DNA from: an uncultured delta proteobacterium | GTDB lineage: Bacteria; Desulfobacterota; Binatia; UBA9968 | Direction of reading: 5' to 3' | DNA length: 64,000 nucleotides | Assembly (NCBI GenBank): GCA_963755715.1 | Contig: CAVWLW010000043.1 | Location: 1-64,000, forward strand | In this document: positions 9,950-19,603 of the stretch, in pieces | How the letters are laid out: each line of letters starts with the position of its first letter | How positions within the stretch are numbered: the stretch's first letter is position 1 | Translations under genes and position numbers: made by a program | The notes under the pieces: model-generated | Told to the model about the DNA's origin: nothing | Database searches by the model: none | What the model saw: the letters and a program-made list of their open reading frames with translations, nothing else

Positions 9950-12900
9950 CTATGAGCCAGACTTGGTGATCGCGCTCACTGCTTCGCGGTAGAAACTATC
10001 ATCGAAGTATTTTTCCACGGGCGGCAAGGGCGAACCGATCAGTGCCAATTTGTGCCGCATCTCGAGCACGGTCTTTAGGCTCTCCGGGTTAAAAGCGCCG
10101 CGACTGGTCAAACCGGCGCGCGGTTCGAACAGTCGTCGATAATCTCGCCGCACTTGCTCGGGGCTGCGGCCCGATTTGGATTGCATCAAGTCAACTAGCT
10201 CCGCTTCGTTGCGTGCATCTAACATCCAATCGATCGTCATGATCATCGCCCGAATAAAGCGGACCAGCAACGATCGATGCCGGCTAGCCCAAGCACGGGT
10301 GGTGAGACCGATCCGAGCGGGATAGGGATCGGCGTAGTCTTTGCCCGAAGCGAGCAAACGGAGATTGGCCGCGCCGCTGTCCTCGACGTAGCGTGGATTC
10401 ACCATGGCGCCGGCAATTGTCCCAGCGCTCAATTCGGCCAAGCGCAGGCGCGTCGAACCGACCGATTTGAAGCTGTAGTCGCGCTCAAAACATAACCCGT
10501 GGCAGTGGAGAATGTAGCGCAGCACCACAGCGAAGCCGGTGCCGACGGCGTCGGCGCCGAGAAGCTTGCCTCTTAGATCGCCGATTTCTCGGATGTCGGA
10601 TGTGACGAACAGACTTTGGTTCAGCTCTTGAGAGCCGCCTAGGAAAATGAACAGGTCGTGAGTCTTGCCGTCGGCTCCTTGCCCTTCGTCCCAAGCCACG
10701 ACGTTGTCGCCGTTGTCAAAGGCGATGTCCCACTTGCCGTCGAGCAGACCCAAAATCTCGCCGGTGGAGTTCAGAGTTTGATCGAAGCTGATGGCGAGAT
10801 TTTCCGCTGCCAAGAAGCCCTTGGCTTCGCCGACCGAGAGCGTGATGTCCTTATCGAAACCGACAATCTTGATCAGGTCCGTGGTTGTCGAACCGGGAAG
10901 CGATTTTGCGGATGGCGCGTCAGCCCGCTGTGCAGCGGGCCGTTGGCGCAGCGCGGCGAAGACCTTTTCCGCGGTGATCGGCAGATCGGTGATCTGTACG
11001 CCGATCGCGTCGTAGACGGCGTTGGCGATCGCCGCAGCGGTCGGGATCGCGCCGTGCTCGCCGATTTGTTTTGCTTGAAACGGGCCGGGGCCGGTGTGAT
11101 CTCTGACGTAGAGCGTTTCATGCGCGGGTATGTCGCGGATGTTGGGCAGCTTGTACTCACCCAGATTGGCGGTAACGATCTTACCGTCTTCGGCGGCGAG
11201 ATCTTCGCTCATCGCGAAGCCGAAACCCTGGATCATGCCGCCCTCGACCTGTCCGCGATGTAACAGCGGGTTGATGATGGTCCCGACATCGTGGGCGGAG
11301 ATCATTTTGCGCACTTTCACCTGCCCGGTTTCCGGGTCGACCCGGACTTCCGCCGCCTCGGCAAAGAAGCACATGGCGCCGAGCCGTTCTTTGATATCGA
11401 TGCTACCGCGCGCGCTCAAGGATCCATCAATCGATTTCGCCCGCGCGGCGAGATCGGCGAAGTTGACTTTTGAGCGCCTGGGCCCGACGGCAGCACCTCG
11501 CTCCAAACGGACCGCGTGCGGCGAACAGCCAAGCAGCGCCGCAGCGAGCTGAATCAGCTTGTCGCGCACTGCGAAGGCTGCCTGTTGGACCGCTCGTCCG
11601 CTCAAGTAGGTGACCAAACTGGCGATCACTCTGACATCGGTCGGGAACATGTCCGTGGTGCCCATTCTAACTGCAACATCGTCGGCTGAAACCGCAAGCG
11701 CCTCGGCGACGATCTGGCGAAAAATCGTGTGCGCGCCGGTGCCGGTATCGGGAACCGTTGTCAGGATGTACGCCGCGCCATTTTCACTAACGCCGACGTC
11801 TATATTCGCCGCGCCGAAATTGACATCGCGCGAAGCCAAAGCAAGACCCCTCCCCACATAAGGGGTTTTCTTCGCGTGCCCGCGCGGCTGGATTTTGCGC
11901 CGCATTTTTCCCAGCAGGCGCTGTCCCATGTCGGTATTCACACGCTGGCCATTGACCAGCAGGTCGCCGGGTTTGACGACATTGAGGCGACGAAACTGAT
12001 AGGGATCAATGCCGAGCTCGGCGCGCGACGTGGTCCATGTGCGACTCGACGGCGAAGTTGACTTGCAGATCGCCGGGACCGCGCATGATGCCGCCGGGAA
12101 TGCAGTTGGTGTAGACGCATAGCGACTGAATGTACGAATGGGGAATTGCGTAGGAGCCGTTGCCATGACGCGAGCCGGGCAGGTTGCCGTTGCTGCTTTC
12201 TTTGATGCCGGCGTAGGCGCCGCCGTTGAATACCGCTTTCAATTCTCTGGCCCAGAGCCGGCCATCTTTTTTGACGCCGGTCTTGATCGTGATGACCGAG
12301 GCGTGACGCGGGTTGGCGGCGATCAATTCCTCGGCATAACTCATGATCATCTTCGCCGGTCTACCGGAGACCTTCGCGAGAAAGTAGCAAAGCGGCAGGT
12401 CCATGAGCGTGCCCTTGCCGCCGAAGTCGCCGCCGACGGCGCCGACTTGGAAGATAATTTTCTCTTCATCGATGCCGAGCCACTCGGCCAGATTTGCTCG
12501 CGTGAGATACACTTGCTTGGCCGTGGACCAGATCAAGATGTTCTCCGACGGCTCGACTTGGACCACGACGGCGTGGGGTTCGAGATAACCCTGGTGCGCC
12601 CGCTGAGTGGTGAAGCTCTGCTCGAAAACGAAATCCGCTTCGGCAAATCCTTGCCGGTGATCGCCCGACCGCCATTCGGCGTAGTTATGCAGGTTAGGAA
12701 CATCCGGCAGCGGCGGACGGAGGCCGTCGTAACTTCTGAGGTGCTCGTGGATCAGCGGCGCGCCGGCCGCCATCGCTTGCAGCGGATCGTAAACGGCGGG
12801 CAGTTCCTCGTAGTCGACTTCGATGCGGCTTAGCGCCTCTTCCGCAATCTCCGGAGACGCCGCGCCGACCACCGCAACGCGCTCGCCGATAAATCGAACG

Positions 12901-13184
12901 CGATCTCTGGCGAGCGGCGGCATGTCCTTGAGGATGATTCCAGTCAAACGATCAGGAAGATCGGCCGCAGTGAGCACCGCGAAAACACCTTTCAAATTTC
13001 TCGCTTTTTCGACATCGAGGCGACGGATGCGCGCATGGGGCAGCGGGCTGCGCAGGCACTTGCCCCAAATCATACCGGGCAAACTGTGGTCCGCGGTGTA
13101 GCGGGTCGCGCCGGTGACCTTCGGTGCGCCGTCGAGGCGGCGCGCCGAGGTGCCCACCGAGGAAAATTTTTGCCGCGAGTTCAT
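9950..13184 (-). CDS. xanthine dehydrogenase-family Mo subunit fused to a C-terminal NMT1-like substrate-binding domain (one +1 frameshift near 12020)
   Basis: ORF 12006..13226 (N-half) joins ORF 9950..12166 at HVAR/ELGIDP when one C is removed. After KQIGE..VFAALRQ the frame continues about 310 aa with AKGFLAAENL and DLRGKLLGAD SBP motifs. Confidence 0.8.
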
Positions 13185-13338
13185 GTCAAACGCTGTCCAA
13201 GAAATGTTTTTTAGTCGAAGCGGCAAGATAAGGTGAAAAAGCGCAGGCTGTCAATCGAATACCCGCTCAACAAGAAGATCCCGGCGTGGGTTGCCGCAGC
13301 GAACAGGCGAACTCGCAATATCTGCCGCGAAGTGCGCG

Positions 13339-13576
13339 AAGGCGCAAAGTTTAGAAGGGGAAGTATTCACCACGAAGCGAATCATGAGTGCACTCGCGCA
13401 CAGATTGAAATCCGAAATTCGATCCTTCGTGACTAATGAGCGTCTCATTGTTCAAAGGAGCACAGCGAAGGACACGAATAAGTCATCGGGAAAGAGGAGT
13501 GGTTTAATTTCTTCTCTTACCTTCGTGATCTTCGTGCCCTTCGTGGTGAGTCTTTGTTCACCGCACTTTGCGCCTT
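13339..13576. repeat. nested inverted-repeat intergenic element
   Basis: AAGGCGCAAAGT 13339-50 pairs with 13565-76; TCACCACGAAG 13367-77 pairs with 13539-49; tandem CTTCGTG units at 13521-45. Confidence 0.7.
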
Positions 13577-13725
13577 GACGCTATGCGGGAGATTCCGTCT
13601 ATTGCGACGATTCTGCATTGACAAGGTTTGGGCGAGGGGATAAACGGACTTTGGCATTGTAGTGCGCATGAAAATGACAAGAAAAATTTCCGTAACCTCA
13701 CCAACGCCATTAGAGGAGACAAGAC

Positions 13726-14250
13726 ATGAGTAAGGTCGCTCGTCATCCGCGTCATCCCGCGGTCGTCAACATGGGCCTCGAAGAGATTTCGCAGCGCTAC
13801 ACGGTGCGCTTCGCCGACATCAAGCCGGACTGGAGCGTGTTCGGCGATTCGAACTTCGACGGTTATCGTCGAGCGCAGTTCCGTTATATCGGCGAAACTC
13901 TCGGCAAGCCCGAGGTGAGACATATTCCAGCCGGTGCGACGCGGTTGTCTGTGATGTACGTGCCGCCGGGCGAAGGCAATGCGCCGCACACGCATCCGGT
14001 CGAAGAGGTGTTTTTCATCTTGAAAGGGAATGTGACGGTGTTCTTCGAGGAAGAAGATGGCCGGCGCGTGGAGGAAAATCTCGGCCCTTGGGACTGCGTC
14101 TCATGCCCGGCAGGGGTTATTCATGGCTTTCAAAACAATGGCCTCGAGCCTGCTTATTTGCAGGTGATGGTGGGGCAAACCAAACCACAGCCGATGGGTT
14201 ACGCCGATGTGAAGCTTGACGCTAGCGACGCTCACCTGGCGCGCAAGTAG
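13726..14250 (+). CDS. cupin domain protein
   Basis: PHTHPVEEVFFILKG and PAGVIHGFQN metal-binding cupin motifs; GAGGAG RBS. Confidence 0.85.
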   Translation: MSKVARHPRHPAVVNMGLEEISQRYTVRFADIKPDWSVFGDSNFDGYRRAQFRYIGETLGKPEVRHIPAGATRLSVMYVPPGEGNAPHTHPVEEVFFILKGNVTVFFEEEDGRRVEENLGPWDCVSCPAGVIHGFQNNGLEPAYLQVMVGQTKPQPMGYADVKLDASDAHLARK

Positions 14251-14299
14251 CCCTGAAAATAATTCAACAAGCTCCGCACGGAACGCTCAAGGACGCTCT

Positions 14300-15346
14300 A
14301 TGAGTTTAGCAGTTTGGCACGGTGCAAAAATCATCGTCGCATCGGCATTACTCCTGATCGCTGCCGTTCCGGCCGCGGCCCAAGAGTTCTTCAAAGGGAA
14401 AACCGTCGTGGTGCTCGTTGGTACCGCTGCGGGCGGCGGCTTCGATACCTACAGCCGCATGATGGCGCGCCATATCGGCAAACATCTGCCGGGTAATCCG
14501 AGCATTGTCGTGCAGAACATGCCGGGCGCCGGGCAGCTCATCGCCGCCAATCATTTGTATAATAGATCGGCGCCCGACGGTTTGACCATCGGCCATTTCT
14601 CCGGCTCGGTGATCTTCCGCCATGTGATGGGCGATAAAAGTGTGATGTTCGACGGTAAGAAATTTGGCTGGCTCGGTACGCCGGCGCCGGAACGCCACAC
14701 CTGCGTGGTCACGGAAAACACCGGCGTGAAAACCTTGGCGGATTGGTCCGCATCCAAGCGGCCGCTCAAGTTTGGTTCGCTTGGGCCGGGTAATTCGACG
14801 TCGGCCTGGCCACATCTGCTCAAGTCGACATTGGGTGTTCCGCTAAGCGTCATCGAAGGGTTCAAAGGAACCTCCGACGTTCGGCTGGCGGCGGAGGCCG
14901 GCGAAGTCGATGCCGCATGTTGGGGCTGGGATTCGATCAAAGTCACCTGGGCGAAAGGACTTGAAACCGGATTCGTTCGACCGTTGGTCCAGACCACGCT
15001 CGAGCCCCTTCCGGATCTACCCAATGTTGCAGTTGCAATTCAGCACGCCAAGAGCAAAGAAGACCAAGCGCTGCTGCGGCTTGCGGCGCAAGCCTATGGG
15101 CCGGCCTCGATCGCTTACTCTCTGCCGCCGGGCTTGCCCAAGGATCGCTTGCAAACTTTGCAGAGGGCTTTTATGGCAACGATGAAGGATGCCGACTTCT
15201 TGGCGGAAGCGAAAAAGTCGAACCTCGTAGTCAGTCCGCTCGATGGTCCAACTATCGAGCAGACGGTGGCGGAACTCTACCGCGCCGAGCCCAAGCTGAT
15301 CGAGCGCTTCCGCGACGTCATCGAGGTGTCACAACCGCAGCGCTAA
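14300..15346 (+). CDS. tripartite tricarboxylate transporter (Bug/TctC) substrate-binding protein
   Basis: FFKGKTV..GGGFD, NMPGAG, PDGLTIG motifs; signal peptide. Confidence 0.9.
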   Translation: MSLAVWHGAKIIVASALLLIAAVPAAAQEFFKGKTVVVLVGTAAGGGFDTYSRMMARHIGKHLPGNPSIVVQNMPGAGQLIAANHLYNRSAPDGLTIGHFSGSVIFRHVMGDKSVMFDGKKFGWLGTPAPERHTCVVTENTGVKTLADWSASKRPLKFGSLGPGNSTSAWPHLLKSTLGVPLSVIEGFKGTSDVRLAAEAGEVDAACWGWDSIKVTWAKGLETGFVRPLVQTTLEPLPDLPNVAVAIQHAKSKEDQALLRLAAQAYGPASIAYSLPPGLPKDRLQTLQRAFMATMKDADFLAEAKKSNLVVSPLDGPTIEQTVAELYRAEPKLIERFRDVIEVSQPQR

Positions 15347-15645
15347 CCGTCGTGCCAGCTCGCCCAGTGTCCGTGAAGCTCTGCCGCCATTTATCTTCCA
15401 ACAAAGACATTGCACTGCTATTGTCCGGGATTGATGACACGGTAGAACGCTCCTGAATATTCGATTCGCGGTTGGGTCCTAATCGCGTCTGGTTGAGTGG
15501 AGGTTGCGGTCAGGCCTGAGTCGTGCGTTGTTGTCGGTTATCTCGGCTATTTTCTTTTCCGTCGCATGGATCTCGATACGCTTCAAGGTCGAATTTTACT
15601 TCTAGACTTTCTTGCTTTTTGTTTCGTTCATCCCGCACGGCACTT

Positions 15646-15916
15646 TTGAATTCAACTCCGCAACTTCTTGCTCGCGATTGCCGCGCCGTCGCGCAAGGCG
15701 CGCAGCCTGGCCCAGGCGAATTGCCGATGGACGCGGCCGCCTAGACCGCAGTGGGTGCCGGCGATGACGTTTTCTTGACCGACGATTTCAGCGAACGTGA
15801 TGATGCGATCGGCTACGAGTTCCGGGTGCTCGACGAGGTCGGTCGCGTGGCTGACGGCGCCGGGGATAAGGATTTTTCCGGCGGGGGGTTTGACGTCCCG
15901 CCGGACTTTGAATTCA
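15646..15916 (-). pseudogene. degenerate duplicate of the 3' end of the metE-like gene at 25732..26937
   Basis: Ungapped alignment to 25726-25996 with 24 mismatches in 271 bp (hand count); GTDCG changed to GTHCG, and W-to-R changes. Confidence 0.9.
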
Positions 15917-16093
15917 AATTCGAAAATTCGGGGCAAGTCTTGAATCGTGGCGTTGCGAGAAGTTTGCGCACCGTCGAATAGTGCATGACAAGATGAACGG
16001 TCGCTTTTTCTGACCGGAACCCAATTTATCTACCACCTCTTCAATGTGTCGATCTCTACCTGCTACGGCGAACGAATACTACTCCGGTCTCTC

Positions 16094-17119
16094 TCACTTC
16101 GGCAGGAAATCGTTTGTCGCGACGTCCGCGAGCATCGGGCGCTTTTTCAAGATCCCCGCCACCTCCATGACGTCGGTGGCAGCCTTCAACGCCCGCTCCG
16201 TTATCCGCCCGTCGCGACTGTAGGCCGGCACCGTTGCCTTGATCCCGGTCATGAGAGCGTCGCGCGGGGTCGCGCCCATCGAGGGCTGGAGCGCGTCGGC
16301 GATCTCCTCGGGCTTAGCGGCGAGAGCCCACTGGTTGGCGCGGAGTAGCGCCCGTACCAGCTTGCGCACAAGCTCGGGATCCTTCTGGATCACGTCGGGC
16401 CGGGTGACAAAGACCTGCTGAAGGAACTCCGCGAGCGCCGGGTCCTCGCCCCGCGCGTTGTCGATCAGCAGGATGGCGAAGCCGCGCGCCACCGCCGTGT
16501 CAGGCAGGGGCGGCGACATGAGCGCGACGTCTACCTTGCGTTGCTCGAGGGCCGCGAGCCAGGTCAACCCGCTACCAACCGGAATGACATTGGCGTCCTG
16601 CTGCGGCACGAGCCCAGCCTTGCGCAGAGTGTAGGCGGCGAGGTTGGCGGTCAGCGAGCCGGGCTGCGTAGAGCCGATCGTAAGCCCGCGGAGCGCTTTC
16701 AGCTTGTCGGCGAGTGGCGACTTCTCGGTGATTCCCTTGGCCTGCGCCACGTCTTTATGCATGGCCCAGTTGATCAGCGCGCGGGGAATCACGCCCATCA
16801 CCATGACCAGGCGTTTACCTTCCTGCCAGGGAAGGATGACCTGATCACTCGCAGTGTAGGTGAAGTCGACGTCCCCGGCGATCAGCGCCTTGATGTCCGG
16901 TCCGCCGCCGCCGGTCACGTTCAGTTCCACGCTGAGGCCTTCCTGGGCAAAGTAGCCCTTGGCCTCGGCGAGATACACGGGCGCCGTCGTCAGCGCCACC
17001 ACCGGCAAGGTCATCTTGACCTTGCGAGGCGCCTGGGCATGGGCGAGCGTGGAGATCAACATGATGAGCATGGCGAGCGCAACGAGCACGCATGATCGGG
17101 TCTTATTAGAAGGTGTCAT
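16094..17119 (-). CDS. ABC-type substrate-binding protein, NMT1/SsuA-like
   Basis: Signal peptide; YLAEAKGYFAQEGL, ALIAGDVDF motifs. Confidence 0.85.
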   Translation of the reverse strand: MTPSNKTRSCVLVALAMLIMLISTLAHAQAPRKVKMTLPVVALTTAPVYLAEAKGYFAQEGLSVELNVTGGGGPDIKALIAGDVDFTYTASDQVILPWQEGKRLVMVMGVIPRALINWAMHKDVAQAKGITEKSPLADKLKALRGLTIGSTQPGSLTANLAAYTLRKAGLVPQQDANVIPVGSGLTWLAALEQRKVDVALMSPPLPDTAVARGFAILLIDNARGEDPALAEFLQQVFVTRPDVIQKDPELVRKLVRALLRANQWALAAKPEEIADALQPSMGATPRDALMTGIKATVPAYSRDGRITERALKAATDVMEVAGILKKRPMLADVATNDFLPK

Positions 17120-17198
17120 AAAGGCATTCTCCAACTGTAACGGTACGACGCGGATGAAGCGGCCACCTCTTTCCGACTGCAACCTCTTGCTTGTCTTA

Positions 17199-17975
17199 TC
17201 AAGGTCCTGCCTGCTCCAAGCCGGCCGCGAGCCATGGTGGTGCGGCTGCAGGCGACGCAATAAATTTGAGAAACTCGATCACCGCAGAAGGAGATACGTT
17301 GCTGGCGGGCACGCCGGCATCGTACGTGATGTATGCTTGCACTGCCGCCGGAACAGGTCCCAGTAGAACAACGCCTTTGGCCCTCGGAATTTCACTGACA
17401 TTGTAAAGGCCGAGGTCTGCCTCCCCTTTGGCAATCAACCCTTGGCCATCCGAGTGTGGCAACAGCTTGGTTTTGATCTCGTCGGCAATGCCGAGATTCT
17501 GCAATACCTTTTGCGCATTGATGCCGCTGAGCCCTCCCGTCTTGGAATCGGAGTAGGTTATTTTTTGTTGGGCGAGAAGCGTCTTGCGCAACGCATCGGG
17601 TGTAGTGATATCGGGTTTGGGTGCGCCCTCGCGGATGGCAATCCCAATGCCCACGCGGACGAGGGCTCGCCTGGTACCAGGCGCTAGCTTCCCGTCTGTG
17701 TCGAGGGCGGCGAGAGCTGGCGTCGGCATAATCAGAAGATCGAATTTCTCCCCCGCGTCCACCTTCTGCTGGATCTGTCCGGGTGAGCCGGAGATGAAGG
17801 TGACCTGATTGCCAGTCTGCTTCGTGTGCTCGGCCGCGAGTTCTCGCAGCGCTATGGTCAACGCGTTGGCATTGAGCACGCGAATCTCGGCACTCCATGC
17901 CGGTCTGGCCAAACCGATGCCGAGCGCGATTAGCAAACTGCAAACTGCTGTTGCGGTGAAAGGCGAGAAACGCAT
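17199..17975 (-). CDS. ModA-like (SBP_bac_11) substrate-binding protein
   Basis: AEIRVL, GEKFDLLI, RVGIGIAIREGAPKPDI, GEADLG..SEI motifs; signal peptide. Confidence 0.8.
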   Translation of the reverse strand: MRFSPFTATAVCSLLIALGIGLARPAWSAEIRVLNANALTIALRELAAEHTKQTGNQVTFISGSPGQIQQKVDAGEKFDLLIMPTPALAALDTDGKLAPGTRRALVRVGIGIAIREGAPKPDITTPDALRKTLLAQQKITYSDSKTGGLSGINAQKVLQNLGIADEIKTKLLPHSDGQGLIAKGEADLGLYNVSEIPRAKGVVLLGPVPAAVQAYITYDAGVPASNVSPSAVIEFLKFIASPAAAPPWLAAGLEQAGP

Positions 17976-18057
17976 GGAGCCTCCATTCATCGCTGAAGAT
18001 CGTCTCGAGATCGCTTCTGCTTGAGAGTGAAAGCGGCAGCGATTCTCTTCGCGTCCT

Positions 18058-19167
18058 CTATTCCTTGACGTACTTTGTGATTCCCCTCACTGTGGCTTCT
18101 GCCGTGAAGAGATTGCCGGCACTATCGATGGCAATCCCTTCTCCCATGGCTCCATCGGGCGCATCGGTTTTGTGCGGCGGCACGAAGAGGGTCACCTTGC
18201 CGTCCTTCAAGCTCCCAATGCGGATGCCTTTGAGCCAGCCGGGATGCCGCTTTGGATCCGATTCAGAGTCCGCCGTATAAATGATGTCGTTCCCGTCGAT
18301 CGCCAGCCCGCTCGCGCGGCTGAACTCGCGCCATTCAGCGAGATACTTCCCGTCCTTCGTCAGGATCTGAATCCGGTGGTTGTGGCGGTCGGCGACGATC
18401 AGCCGTCCCTGGGAGTCGAACTCGATCGCGTGCGGTGTGCGGAATTCCCCTGGGCCCGTTCCGGTCTTACCGATGACCCGCAGGAACTTGCCGTTGCGGT
18501 CGAACACGGAGATCCGGCCGACAAGATTCGCGTCTTCGACGTTGGTATGGCTCTCCGCTACGTAAACATCGCCGTTGCCTGGGTCGGTGACGACGTCGTT
18601 GGGCTCGGTCAGCGCGTCCGGCGGATCTCCCTTCACGCCAGGCCGGCCCAACGTCATGAGCACCTTGCCATCGGGACTAAACTTGATGACAACGCTGCCC
18701 TTCTTGTCTTCACCCGGAAACTTGATGCGTTCATCGGCTGTCGCGACGCGGGCGTCGGTCACCCACACGTTGCCGTCGCGATCGACGTGAATGCCGTGTG
18801 GCCAGACAAACATGCCGCCGCCAAAGCTCCTGATCTCCTTGCCTGTCTCGTCGAAGAGATGGACCGGGTTTGCTTTTGTGCCGAGGCAACCCGGAACAGT
18901 TCCCGGCGAGCAACGGTCCGTCGCCCAAACGGATTTGCCGTCCCGGTCGATGGCGACACCGTTGGAACCGCCCCACGGTCTTTTCTCCAACGTGAGCTGC
19001 GCCCAATCGCGTATGACGCGATAAGGGTTGGGTCCGCTGTTGACGGGCTGAACCTTGTCGGTCTCGGCGGTCCCGGCCCGCTGTTGAGCCTGAACGCTGG
19101 CGCGTGGTGCGACGATGCAGACGGCGAACGCCACGCACGCGAGTCTCAAGAAAATTGATAGGGTCAT
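18058..19167 (-). CDS. secreted NHL-repeat beta-propeller (peptidyl-alpha-hydroxyglycine lyase-like)
   Basis: WPHGIHVDRDGNVWVTD and FRTPHAI..VADRHNHRIQI repeats; signal peptide. Confidence 0.85.
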   Translation of the reverse strand: MTLSIFLRLACVAFAVCIVAPRASVQAQQRAGTAETDKVQPVNSGPNPYRVIRDWAQLTLEKRPWGGSNGVAIDRDGKSVWATDRCSPGTVPGCLGTKANPVHLFDETGKEIRSFGGGMFVWPHGIHVDRDGNVWVTDARVATADERIKFPGEDKKGSVVIKFSPDGKVLMTLGRPGVKGDPPDALTEPNDVVTDPGNGDVYVAESHTNVEDANLVGRISVFDRNGKFLRVIGKTGTGPGEFRTPHAIEFDSQGRLIVADRHNHRIQILTKDGKYLAEWREFSRASGLAIDGNDIIYTADSESDPKRHPGWLKGIRIGSLKDGKVTLFVPPHKTDAPDGAMGEGIAIDSAGNLFTAEATVRGITKYVKE

Positions 19168-19286
19168 CTCGGTGCTCCTGCTTATAGGGATGGCAAATTT
19201 AACGACCTGTTTTTCTTGAGCAGGCCATATCGCGATCGCGCCGAAGCGTCAATCGTGCAAGAGAAGAGGTCTTGGTCACGTCTTTA

Positions 19287-19447
19287 CAGACTGTTGAAAA
19301 AGCCTCATAGGCTTCGTTGCGCTCGATCGCCTCGAGTGAGCGCGTGTTCGTGTGGCGTGTTCGTGCTCGTGGGAATTTCACGATCACGTTCACAGACACG
19401 ATCCGGATTATGCGCGCCTTGCCGCTGAGATCTTTTTAAACAGTCTG
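19287..19447 (-). mobile_element. MITE-like element with terminal inverted repeats, copy 1
   Basis: CAGACTGTTGAAAAAG ... CTTTTTAAACAGTCTG; internal GCGCAACGAAGC shared in inverted orientation with the copy at 22938. Confidence 0.7.
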
Positions 19448-19603
19448 TGAAGAGAGTTTTTCAATACTCTGTTGAACCTTGACGTTCCTGTTTTCGGTTT
19501 CGCTCTTAGCGAAGATTTGCTGTCAGTCTTGGCGATGGGGCAGCCGATGAGAAAAAGCGTGTTGCGACTCGGGCCGACTCGGAGTAAAGCTCGTTCGTGA
19601 TCT

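Noticed and set aside
18172-19158. 328-aa plus-strand ORF, and similar long ORFs such as 9061..9969, 44342..45199 and 51187..52251
   Set aside because: Antisense shadows of well-supported genes in GC-rich DNA, with no recognisable motifs.
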